Origin: Rhodothermales bacterium
Lineage (GTDB): Bacteria > Bacteroidota > Rhodothermia > Rhodothermales > VXPQ01
Direction: 5' to 3'
Assembly (NCBI GenBank): GCA_040904565.1
Contig: JBBDTI010000049.1
Coordinates: forward strand, 1-35,122
Length of the DNA: 35,122 bases
How positions within the stretch are numbered: the first letter of the stretch is position 1; the number at the start of each line of letters is the position of its first letter. Positions 17,400-28,254 of this stretch are shown one piece after another. A program made the translations under genes and the position numbers. The notes beneath the pieces are model-generated. The model made no database searches. It was not told where the DNA came from and saw nothing but the letters and a program-made list of their open reading frames with translations.

Positions 17400-19538
17400 A
17401 TGGAATTTCTTAATCCGCTGGCTCTTGCCGCGCTTGCCGCGGCTGTCATTCCGCTGATTATCCACCTGTTTAATTTCCGGCGGCCCCGGAAGGTGGATTT
17501 CAGTTCCCTGGCGTTTGTGAAGGAACTCCAGAAGTCGACGATGCGACGCGTGCGCATCAAGCAGTGGCTGCTGCTCGTCCTGCGCATCCTGGCTATCGCA
17601 TGTCTGGTGCTGGCCTTCGCAAGGCCGACCCTAACGGGCAACGTAGCCGGGGCGGTGGGAGGGCGTGCCGCCTCGTCGGTTGCCATCGTTATCGACAATT
17701 CGCCGTCCATGAGCCTCCGCGACGCGGAAGGCGAGTATCTGCGCCAGGCCAAGGACATTGCCGCCGGCATCATCGATGCGCTGGCCGACGGCGACGAACT
17801 GTTTCTGGTGCCGACGTCCGGAGTCGGCGCGACGTGGGATCGATTTTCGACTACGGGCGCGGCCATGGAGGCCGTCGAGCGCATCGAGGTTCGTCCGGGC
17901 GGACGTACGGTACCGGAAGCGACGGCCGAAGCGGGGCGCGCGCTGGAAAGCGCCGCCCATATTAATCGAGAGATTTACGTGATTTCCGACCTGCAGGAGT
18001 CCGCCATGCCCGACTCCACTGCCTCCGACGGCGGTGGGGGCACCTCGACGTATCGAACGTATCTGCTGCCGATCGGCGACCGGATTCATGCGAATGTGGC
18101 CGTCACCGACGTACAGGTGGAAAGCCGCATCCTCGAGATGGGGCAGCCGATGCGCCTTTCGGCGACGCTGGTCAACTACGGCACGGACCCGATCGAGGGC
18201 GACGTGGCGAGCGTGTTTCTCGAAGGGCAGCGTCTCGCGCAGACCACCGTCGACCTCGAACCCCGCGTTCCGACGACGGCGCACTTCACGGCCTCGCCCC
18301 AGCAGCGGGGATGGTTGTCCGGCATCGTTCAGATCGGAGATGACGGCTTCGTTTTCGACAACGAGCGCTATTTTACGGCGCACGTTCCCGACCGCCGATC
18401 GGTGCTCGTCGTGCGCGGTGATGGGCAGGACGCCGGCTATCTACAGCTCGCCTTTTCACCCGATCTCGGGCGAGATCGGGTGGCTTTTGACGTCGAGGCC
18501 ATTCCAGAGACCGGACTTCCGGCCGCTGACCTGAGCCGATTCGACGTCGTCGTTCTCGTCGGGCCACGCTCCCTGTCGACCGGCGAGGTCGCATCACTTG
18601 AGAGGTACGTCTCGGCGGGCGGGGGCCTGTTCATCACCCCTCCGAATGAGCCGGTGCCTTCGGAATACGACGACCTGCTCGGAGTGCTCGGTGGCGGCTC
18701 CCTCTCCGGTTTCAGTGGATCCGTAGAATCGAATCGCAGCATCGCGGCCTTCGAGCGCGTGGAGCTGGAGCACAATCTCTTTGAGGGCATGTTCCGCGAC
18801 CGACCCACGGACTCGGAGCGGGCCGTGGAGAGCCCGGACATCTACCGAGCCGTCAACTACGCGCCGGGGCCGGGCAACGAACAGTCGCTTATCAGCCTTT
18901 CAAACGGCTATCCCTTTCTCCAGGAGATCCGGCACGGACGCGGCGTCGCGTTCCTTATGGCCGTAGCCCCCAACAGGATGTGGAGCGACCTCCCGGTGCG
19001 CGGTCTCTTCATTCCGTTGATGTATCGGACCATGTACTATCTCTCCGCATCCGAATCCGTTGCCGGCGAACAGCTAACGGCGGCATCTCCCGCGGAACTG
19101 CGCGTTCCGCGCGTTTCGGATGCGGCGCAGCTCCGTATCGTGAGTCCGGATGGGACGGAATATGTGCCCGAGCAGCGGGATCTCTTCGGGGCCTCCCTGC
19201 TGACGATCGACGGTGCCGTGATCGAGCAGCCCGGCATCTACGACGTACGTGCCGGAGAGGACGTCGTAAGGCGCGTCCCGGTGAACGTGGACGAGGCCGA
19301 GTCTGACCTATCCACGCTGGAGGATGAGGAGGGGCGTGCCCGCCTGGCCTCTTCGCTTGGCTGGGATGTCGACCTCATTCCGGCAGGCGGACGCGCACCT
19401 GGCGATGTCGTGGCCTCCGTCGCACAACAGCGAATGGGGGTCGAGCTGTGGAACCTGTTCCTGCTCCTGGCCCTCGCGTTTCTGATTGCTGAAACCGTCG
19501 TTGCGAAGCGGTGGCGCCCGGAAGGCGTGCCGGCTTAG
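17400..19538 (+). CDS. BatA-domain / vWA membrane protein
   Basis: MEFLNPLAL..IPLIIHLF..FSSL..WLLLVLR..LAFARP BatA N-terminus, MIDAS DNSPSM and ISD, DN.RY, and C-terminal ELW..AE TM. Confidence 0.9.
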   Translation: MEFLNPLALAALAAAVIPLIIHLFNFRRPRKVDFSSLAFVKELQKSTMRRVRIKQWLLLVLRILAIACLVLAFARPTLTGNVAGAVGGRAASSVAIVIDNSPSMSLRDAEGEYLRQAKDIAAGIIDALADGDELFLVPTSGVGATWDRFSTTGAAMEAVERIEVRPGGRTVPEATAEAGRALESAAHINREIYVISDLQESAMPDSTASDGGGGTSTYRTYLLPIGDRIHANVAVTDVQVESRILEMGQPMRLSATLVNYGTDPIEGDVASVFLEGQRLAQTTVDLEPRVPTTAHFTASPQQRGWLSGIVQIGDDGFVFDNERYFTAHVPDRRSVLVVRGDGQDAGYLQLAFSPDLGRDRVAFDVEAIPETGLPAADLSRFDVVVLVGPRSLSTGEVASLERYVSAGGGLFITPPNEPVPSEYDDLLGVLGGGSLSGFSGSVESNRSIAAFERVELEHNLFEGMFRDRPTDSERAVESPDIYRAVNYAPGPGNEQSLISLSNGYPFLQEIRHGRGVAFLMAVAPNRMWSDLPVRGLFIPLMYRTMYYLSASESVAGEQLTAASPAELRVPRVSDAAQLRIVSPDGTEYVPEQRDLFGASLLTIDGAVIEQPGIYDVRAGEDVVRRVPVNVDEAESDLSTLEDEEGRARLASSLGWDVDLIPAGGRAPGDVVASVAQQRMGVELWNLFLLLALAFLIAETVVAKRWRPEGVPA

Positions 19539-19788
19539 AGGGCGCTCCAACCAGGAACGATGCGGCGGCGATCGCATAGGCGGCGGCGCGGCCACGTCCT
19601 AAGACCTTATTTATAGCGGGCTTGGATCTGACGTGCCGCGGATGAGGACGCTGCCGCGACGGACGGCGGGCATGCAACAGTCGGCCCGCTTAAGAGTTAA
19701 TACTATGACAGTTGTTTAATACGGTCGGCCTCCCTAGCTTCCGGGCCGATGCGTGCAGTGATTACGTAGAACAAGCCGGCAGTAGCCT

Positions 19789-21114
19789 TTGCACGAGTAC
19801 AAGCCTGTAGCGACGGAATCGGCCGTCCTCGTGGGCGTCGTTACGCCCGACACCACTCGATGGAATGTGGAGGATTCCCTCAACGAGCTTGCGGAACTGG
19901 CAGACACGGCGGGCGCCGCCGTCACGGACCGCATCACACAGTCCCTTACGAAGCTGAATCCCGCTACCTATATCGGAAAGGGCAAGGTAGACGAGGTGAA
20001 GCGCCTGGTGACCGCACGCGGCACCGATCTGGTGATTTTCGACGACGACCTGTCTCCCGTGCAGATTCGAAACCTCGAACGAGCGCTCGACTGCAAGCTG
20101 GTGGATCGATCGGCTCTCATCCTGGATATTTTTGCGACTCGAGCAAAGACGGCCGTCGCCAAGACGCAGGTAGAGCTCGCGCAGCTTGATTACCTGCGTA
20201 CCCGGCTGACGCGGCAGTGGACGCACCTCTCCCGGCAGAAAGGTGGAATCGGAACGAAGGGTCCGGGTGAGACGCAGATCGAAACTGACCGTCGCCTGAT
20301 CGGCGATCGCATTTCGACCCTGAAAGATCGTCTGGAGAAGATCGATCGGCAACGAACGACGCAGCGCAAGGGACGCGACCAGTTTTCACGCGTCTCGCTG
20401 GTCGGGTATACCAATGCCGGCAAGTCGACGCTGATGAACGCATTGGCCGGGGCCGACGTGTTTGCGGAAAACCGGCTGTTCGCTACGCTGGACGCTACGA
20501 CGCGCCAAGTCGAGCTCGCACCCAATAAGGAGGCGTTGCTGTCCGATACCGTCGGCTTCATTCGCAAGCTGCCCCACAAGCTCATCGAAAGCTTCAAGAG
20601 CACGCTCGACGAAGTGCGGGAGAGCGACGTTCTCCTGCACGTCGTCGACGTGACGCATGCGCGGTACGAGGATCACATCCGGGTCGTCAATGAAACGCTG
20701 AGGGAGTTAGGCGCCGGGGAAAAGCCCGTCCTTCTCGTGTTCAATAAAGTGGACATGGTGGAGGAACCCGGCCTGTTCACGGCGCTTCGTGCTCAGTACG
20801 AGGACGCCGCGTTCGTGTCTGCCCTGCGAGGGATCGGGCTGGACGACCTGCGGTCCCGTCTTCTGGACGTGATCGAACGTGATTTCGTGGAGCGGATTGC
20901 CTATCTCCCCGTGACGGAATCGAAGACCATCGCGCGCATCCATCGCGTCGCGGACGTGCTCTCCGAGGACTACATGTACGCCAGGAACGGCAATCCGGAC
21001 GACCGGCCGCTTGCCGTCGCACGGCTGCATTTCCGGTGCGCGCGACACTTCGAGCGCGGCCTCGAGTCCGTCCTGGCAAGATTTTCCAATCTTAAGCCCC
21101 TGGTTGACGGGTGA
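19789..21114 (+). CDS. hflX: Ribosome-splitting GTPase HflX
   Basis: GPGETQIETDRR, GYTNAGKS, LFATLD, DTVGFI, NKVD and SA motifs. TTG start. Confidence 0.95.
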   Translation: MHEYKPVATESAVLVGVVTPDTTRWNVEDSLNELAELADTAGAAVTDRITQSLTKLNPATYIGKGKVDEVKRLVTARGTDLVIFDDDLSPVQIRNLERALDCKLVDRSALILDIFATRAKTAVAKTQVELAQLDYLRTRLTRQWTHLSRQKGGIGTKGPGETQIETDRRLIGDRISTLKDRLEKIDRQRTTQRKGRDQFSRVSLVGYTNAGKSTLMNALAGADVFAENRLFATLDATTRQVELAPNKEALLSDTVGFIRKLPHKLIESFKSTLDEVRESDVLLHVVDVTHARYEDHIRVVNETLRELGAGEKPVLLVFNKVDMVEEPGLFTALRAQYEDAAFVSALRGIGLDDLRSRLLDVIERDFVERIAYLPVTESKTIARIHRVADVLSEDYMYARNGNPDDRPLAVARLHFRCARHFERGLESVLARFSNLKPLVDG

Positions 21115-21537
21115 TCGGCCTGCCGGACGTCGTTTAGCTGTCGTCGAGAACGGTGGAGCATACCCCGGATGGGTCCTTTCGGACGTCGGCACCGCGATTC
21201 AGCGGCAGCGCGTGCGATTCATAACGGCATTAAGGCCGTTCATCGCCACGATCCGTCAAATCTCCTCGTCTTTGCGTATTCTTCTTTGTGATGTCGGCGA
21301 AGGGATGTGCCGCCGCATCCGTAACGGATTCCGGATACCGCGTCACGAACCTGAGGGCGCCCATCCATCATGGATGTTGCCAGAGCGTCGCATGCAACGT
21401 GGACCAGAGGAGAACGGCACGTCAATTGCGGCATAAGACTATAAGCGCAACGACTAAAAGGTAGAACCAACGACTACATCGACCGTCGACCATTCCTTCT
21501 TCATGAAAGTATGACCGAGTGACCCTCGAAGGACGAC

Positions 21538-22203
21538 ATGACGATCCGAGACCTTATCAGTACATCGGCACCGCATTTGAAGCCCCTTGATACGGCGGAG
21601 CACGCGCTCGGCCTGCTCATGGAGCTTCGCGTTCGTCACCTTCCGGTCGTGGACGAGGGCATGCTGGTGGGTGTCATCTCTGAGGATCTGCTCCTGGAAA
21701 ACGCTTCGGGGCCGGATGCGAACATCGAATCACTCCTGGGTCGAGAGCCTGTTTCGGCGGAGCCGGACACGCACCTGTTCGACGTGACCAAGACGATGGT
21801 GGAGCACGACCTGACCACGCTGCCGATCGCCGAGGCGGATGGGACGTATGTGGGACTGGTAAAGCGCCACGACATCTTCAACCAGTTTGCAAAGATGCTG
21901 TCGACCCAGGAATCGGGGGCGATCGTAGCGCTTGAGGTAAATCCGCGAGATTATTCGCTCTCGAAGCTCGTCTATACGATCGAGCAGAACGGCGTCAAGA
22001 TTCTCTCGATTGCATCGGAGGCGCCCGAGAGCGAGACGGGACAGATTCGCGTGACGCTGAAGCTGAACGTAAAGGACGCCACGCGGGTGCGCCACATGCT
22101 CGAACACTACGGATACCACGTCGTGGCCACCTTCAGCGACGAGGCTGCCAGCGAGGACATTCAGGCCCGCGTGCAGGAATTCATGCGGTATCTGGAAGTA
22201 TAA
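21538..22203 (+). CDS. CBS domain pair + ACT-like domain protein (AcuB-like)
   Basis: HLPVVD..LVGVIS and LPI....YVGLV CBS motifs. C-terminal DYSLS..IEQNGVKILS..VTLKLN..FMRYL. Confidence 0.85.
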   Translation: MTIRDLISTSAPHLKPLDTAEHALGLLMELRVRHLPVVDEGMLVGVISEDLLLENASGPDANIESLLGREPVSAEPDTHLFDVTKTMVEHDLTTLPIAEADGTYVGLVKRHDIFNQFAKMLSTQESGAIVALEVNPRDYSLSKLVYTIEQNGVKILSIASEAPESETGQIRVTLKLNVKDATRVRHMLEHYGYHVVATFSDEAASEDIQARVQEFMRYLEV

Positions 22204-22227
22204 GAGGGCATCTCTTCGGTATATTCC

Positions 22228-22261
22228 AGGGCGTCTCGACGAGGATTGGGGCGCCTTTTTT
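22228..22261 (+). terminator. Intrinsic terminator after the CBS gene
   Basis: Stem agggcgtctcga/ttggggcgcctt (with G-U pairs) running into a 6-T tract, 25 bp after the stop codon. Confidence 0.7.
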
Positions 22262-22333
22262 GGTTAATTATTTTTGGTGGCTCCCATCGAATACGGTGGC
22301 GGACACCGCCTTAGAAATAATCCGCATCGATCC

Positions 22334-22864
22334 GTGATCCATTCCGATCGTGAAGAGAACGCGCTGGTGCGTTCCCTGGTGCTCATGTCCGCCATGTCGA
22401 CCGCGGCGGACCTGGTCCATGGCATGGGAGCGCGCCGAAACGGCGACGATCCCACGCACGGCCAAGAGCCCGGCGTGACGCGTCCGTACCTCGTGTCCGC
22501 CGCCGACGAACTCGACGATCACCTGATCGCCCTGCGTGCAGGCCGGGTGCTCCGGCGAGGCGAGGCGTCCACGCGCCGAATCCGGTTTGCGCGAAGTGTA
22601 AATGAAGTGCTTCTTCTGAATCGCATCGCACGCTTGTTTCACGGCATCCATCAGCGTCTCCTCAGCCTGTATCCTGCCGTTCCCGAAGAGCTGGTCGAGC
22701 AGGCACGCATTCTCGAGAAGTTGTTTGGCGAGGAGCGCGATCGCGTGGGGCCTGACGAGTCTAACGGACTCCTGGGGGAGGCGGAGATCTTCAACGTCGC
22801 CCTCCGTGCCCTGGTAGCCGACGATTCGCCCGATCACGGCCCTACGCCGCGTGCAAACATCTGA
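22334..22864 (+). CDS. Hypothetical helical protein upstream of gyrB
   Basis: Fills the gap between the terminator and gyrB on the same strand. Amphipathic-helix pattern (LLNRIARLFHGIHQRLLSLYP.V.EELVE.AR). Start uncertain (22274, 22334 or 22385). Confidence 0.6.
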   Translation: MIHSDREENALVRSLVLMSAMSTAADLVHGMGARRNGDDPTHGQEPGVTRPYLVSAADELDDHLIALRAGRVLRRGEASTRRIRFARSVNEVLLLNRIARLFHGIHQRLLSLYPAVPEELVEQARILEKLFGEERDRVGPDESNGLLGEAEIFNVALRALVADDSPDHGPTPRANI

Positions 22865-24925
<2,061 letters not shown>

Positions 24926-24986
24926 CGCACTTTCGCGCCAGCCATCTCCCTTCGCCGTGCCCGACGGAGCCACATCACGCAAGAAC

Positions 24987-26039
24987 GTGCTAGACAGCAC
25001 TTCCGCGGACACCGTCCGACGCGCGGCCGAGTCCGCTCCCGATGCTCCCGCAGAGAGTGCAGACGCGCCGCTCGACGTATCCGTCGTCGTGCCCGTCTAC
25101 GACGAAGAACAATCGCTCCCCGAACTGGCCGATCAAATTCGTTCGACGTGCTCCGACGCCGGGTTGACGTTCGAAGTATGGTTCGTCGACGACGGGTCGA
25201 GAGATGCCTCCTGGAGCGTCATCACGCGTCTGCACGAGGGAGATCCGCGGTTCCGCGGACTTCGCTTTCGGCGCAACTACGGCAAGTCGGCCGCACTGGC
25301 GCTGGGGTTCGAGCGGGCTTCCGGCTCGTACGTCGTTACGATGGACGCCGACCTCCAGGACGATCCGGCCGAGATTCCAAATCTGGTCGCCAAGCTGAAA
25401 GAAGGCTACGACCTGGTCAGCGGTTGGAAGAAGACCCGTCACGATCCGATCGGCAAGCGCGTGCCGAGCAAATTTTTCAATGCCGTCACCCGCGTTATTT
25501 CGGGCATTCCCCTCCACGATTTCAACTGCGGCCTGAAGGCGTATCATCTCGACGTCGTCAAGAGCGTCAACGTCTACGGGGAGCTGCATCGATACATTCC
25601 ACTCCTGGCGAAGTGGGAGGGCTACGACCGGATCTCCGAGATGCCGGTGCGGCATCGCCCGCGGGAGTACGGCCGTAGCAAGTTCGGGCTGGACCGCTTT
25701 ATCAAGGGCTTTCTGGATCTCATCTCGGTCGTCTTCCTGACGCGGTTCGCAGCACGGCCGATGCACTTTTTCGGGACGTTCGGAACGCTGGCTTTTGTAG
25801 CCGGACTCGTAGTCTCGTGCTGGATTTCGATCGACAAGATCGTCTTCGGCAATCCGATCGGGGACCGTCCCCTGCTCCTGCTCGGCGTGCTGATGATCAT
25901 CGTGGGCGTGCAGATGTTTACGACCGGTTTGCTCGGCGAAATGATGATCAAGCGCGAGATGGAGAAGACCTCCTCCTATCATGTGACACGGGAGCTTTCA
26001 CCGACGCGCCGCCTCGAATCGGACAAGGGTAGACGATAA
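24987..26039 (+). CDS. GT2 polyprenol-phosphate glycosyltransferase (ArnC/GtrB/DPM-like)
   Basis: SVVVPVYDE, VDDGSRD, RNYGKSAAL, MDADLQDDP, HDFNCGLKAY and two C-terminal TM helices. Probable GTG start at 24987. Confidence 0.9.
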   Translation: MLDSTSADTVRRAAESAPDAPAESADAPLDVSVVVPVYDEEQSLPELADQIRSTCSDAGLTFEVWFVDDGSRDASWSVITRLHEGDPRFRGLRFRRNYGKSAALALGFERASGSYVVTMDADLQDDPAEIPNLVAKLKEGYDLVSGWKKTRHDPIGKRVPSKFFNAVTRVISGIPLHDFNCGLKAYHLDVVKSVNVYGELHRYIPLLAKWEGYDRISEMPVRHRPREYGRSKFGLDRFIKGFLDLISVVFLTRFAARPMHFFGTFGTLAFVAGLVVSCWISIDKIVFGNPIGDRPLLLLGVLMIIVGVQMFTTGLLGEMMIKREMEKTSSYHVTRELSPTRRLESDKGRR

Positions 26040-26066
26040 CATGAGCCGGCAATCCATTGAACGCGT

Positions 26067-27224
26067 ATGAGTGACCGGATACGACGACGCATTGCTCTTA
26101 TCGGTCCAGCAGCGCCGTTTCGGGGCGGAATAGCACAGTTTACGGACACGATAGCCGAAGGATTGCGCGACCGCGGTCATCACGTATACGTCGCCACCTT
26201 CCGACGACAGTATCCGGCCTTCCTCTATCCAGGCACGTCGCAACAGGATCCTGACAAGAAGGCCATCGCAACGGCCGAGCGACTGATCGATACCGTAAAC
26301 CCCGTTACGTGGGTCAAGACGGCCAGGGAAGTCGCTCGGCGCGACGTCTCGGCCGTTTTTTTCCAGTACTGGATGCCCTATTTCGCTCCGGCATACGCGA
26401 CGATTGCCGGGCGGCTGAAGAAGAGGGGTATTCGGGTATATGCCGTGGTGCACAACGTCGTGCCCCACGAAAAACATGTGGGGGACGACCGTCTGGGGCG
26501 GTTCTTTCTGGAGAAGTGCGAAGGCTTCGTCACGCTTTCGGATGCCGTGGCAGAGGACCTCGACGAGCTCGGGATGACGGCGCCGCGCGAGACGGTGGCT
26601 CATCCGGTTTATCAGCATTTCGGCGACCGGGTCGATCGCGATGAGGCTCGAAAACGGCTCGGCGTCGATGCCGACGTAGAGCTGCTGCTTTTCTTTGGAT
26701 TCGTTCGTCCGTATAAGGGGCTCAAGAATCTCCTCCGCGCGATGCCGGGTATCGTTGCGGCGCGCCCCAATGTCCGGCTCATCGTAGCCGGCGAGTTTTA
26801 CGATCGCGAGGAGCCGTATAGAGAGATAATCGATCGTCTGGGGCTGACGGATGTCGTCGACGTTCGAAACGACTACGTCCCCGAGGAAGAGGTCAGTGAC
26901 TATTTTTCCGCCGCCAACGTGGTCGTCCAGCCGTACGAGACGGCGACGCAAAGCGGCGTGGTGCAGACGGCTTATAACTTCGACCGTCCGGTAATCGTGA
27001 CCGATGTGGGCGGACTCGCAGAGGTCGTACCCGATGGCGAGGCGGGATATGTCGTGCCTCCAAACGATCCCGACGCGCTCGCGGCCGCCGTCGCCCGTTA
27101 CTTCTCCGAGGAGAAAGAGGCAGACTTCACGGAAGGGGTCCGACGTGAAAAACAGCGCTATACCTGGGCGCGGCTCCTGGATGTGCTGGAAGAAATGACG
27201 GGCGACGCAATTACCGTACAGTAG
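26067..27224 (+). CDS. GT4 glycosyltransferase
   Basis: GPAAPFRGGIA, HNVVPHE, FFGFVRPYKG, ATQSGV and PVIVTDVGGL. Confidence 0.9.
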   Translation: MSDRIRRRIALIGPAAPFRGGIAQFTDTIAEGLRDRGHHVYVATFRRQYPAFLYPGTSQQDPDKKAIATAERLIDTVNPVTWVKTAREVARRDVSAVFFQYWMPYFAPAYATIAGRLKKRGIRVYAVVHNVVPHEKHVGDDRLGRFFLEKCEGFVTLSDAVAEDLDELGMTAPRETVAHPVYQHFGDRVDRDEARKRLGVDADVELLLFFGFVRPYKGLKNLLRAMPGIVAARPNVRLIVAGEFYDREEPYREIIDRLGLTDVVDVRNDYVPEEEVSDYFSAANVVVQPYETATQSGVVQTAYNFDRPVIVTDVGGLAEVVPDGEAGYVVPPNDPDALAAAVARYFSEEKEADFTEGVRREKQRYTWARLLDVLEEMTGDAITVQ

Positions 27225-27236
27225 CACCGGAAGGGC

Positions 27237-28052
27237 ATGCACTACGACCCGATCAAGGATGCGCTGGGTGCGTTCTTTAGCAGCCACCCCGCGCTCCAGA
27301 GGCTCTTCTACCTGCTGCTGCATCTTGTTTTTCTGCGGTCGTGGTACGTACGAAGGGCCCTGCGTGACATCGCAGCGCGGTGGCCTTCTGACCGGCGGAT
27401 AGACGTTCTCGACGCGGGAACGGGGTTCGGGCAGTACGCCTACTACATCGCGCGTCGGAATCCGAACGCCCGCGTGCTCGCCGTCGACATCAAGCCCGAC
27501 TACCTGGAGAATGCACGCCGGTTTGTCGATCGAACCTCGTGTCGCGATCGGATCATTTTCGAGCGACAAGATCTTACGGATCCGGACATTGAGCGCCGTT
27601 TCGACGTCATCGTCTCGGTAGACGTGATGGAGCACATCGAGGATGACCGAGCCGTTTTTCGACACTTCGAACGGTTGCTAAAGGATGGGGGGCACGTCAT
27701 CATCAACACGCCGTCGGACCGCGGTGGCTCCGACGTCGAGGCAGAAGGCGAGGAAGGCTTCATCGACGAACACGTCAGGCCCGGATACAACATGGACGAG
27801 CTATGCCGGAAGCTGGAGGAGGCCGGGCTGGAGCCCGTGGAGGCCCGCTATACGTACGGCACCTACGGATCGCAAGCGTGGCGGCTTCTCATAAAGCATC
27901 CGATGCGCCTGCTTTCCCGCACGAAGCTCGCGTTTGCCATCCTGCCGATATACTATCTCGTGGCACTTCCCGTCGGGACCGTCTTGAACTGGATGGACGT
28001 ACGTACCGATAACGCGTCGGGAACCGGACTGATCGTAGTCGCCGGAAAATGA
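27237..28052 (+). CDS. Class I SAM-dependent methyltransferase
   Basis: VLDAGTGFGQY, FDVIVSVDVMEHIEDD, GGHVIINTP and EHVRPGY. Confidence 0.9.
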   Translation: MHYDPIKDALGAFFSSHPALQRLFYLLLHLVFLRSWYVRRALRDIAARWPSDRRIDVLDAGTGFGQYAYYIARRNPNARVLAVDIKPDYLENARRFVDRTSCRDRIIFERQDLTDPDIERRFDVIVSVDVMEHIEDDRAVFRHFERLLKDGGHVIINTPSDRGGSDVEAEGEEGFIDEHVRPGYNMDELCRKLEEAGLEPVEARYTYGTYGSQAWRLLIKHPMRLLSRTKLAFAILPIYYLVALPVGTVLNWMDVRTDNASGTGLIVVAGK

Positions 28053-28101
28053 CGGGCGCTTGCTGCTGACCGCGAGCGATCAAAGGGGGACGGCATTCGA
28101 C

Positions 28102-28130
28102 TTGGAACCCGGCCGCCCGGGAGGTATTTT
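28102..28130 (+). promoter_or_regulatory. Putative sigma70-type promoter of pyrG
   Basis: TTGGAA-17 bp-TATTTT in the intergenic region. Confidence 0.4.
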
Positions 28131-28254
28131 TAATCCCGAGTGCGGACGACACCACGCGGCGGATCGTGGACGTTCGAACTCGCCGCCGCTCTTCGATGGC
28201 CCATCGGGAGAGCGCGTCACCGCGTCACCGATCATATGACAGGCCGGGGAACTC

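Noticed and set aside
21140-21230. SAM-I riboswitch-like start (GTCGAGAACGGTGGAG)
   Set aside because: Lacks the AGGGA/GCCC pseudoknot, GCAACC and closing GAT elements, and the downstream gene is not sulfur-related. An Rfam scan would settle it.
22268-22837. 189-aa minus-strand ORF as the real gene in this gap
   Set aside because: The plus-strand ORF agrees with neighbour orientation and shows a better amphipathic pattern. Not fully excluded.
25998-27665. 555-aa minus-strand ORF, and similar long antisense ORFs at 8671-9936, 15823-16797, 22949-23851, 24990-25982 and 28972-29934
   Set aside because: They lie opposite well-supported genes, carry no recognisable motifs and are expected in high-GC coding DNA.
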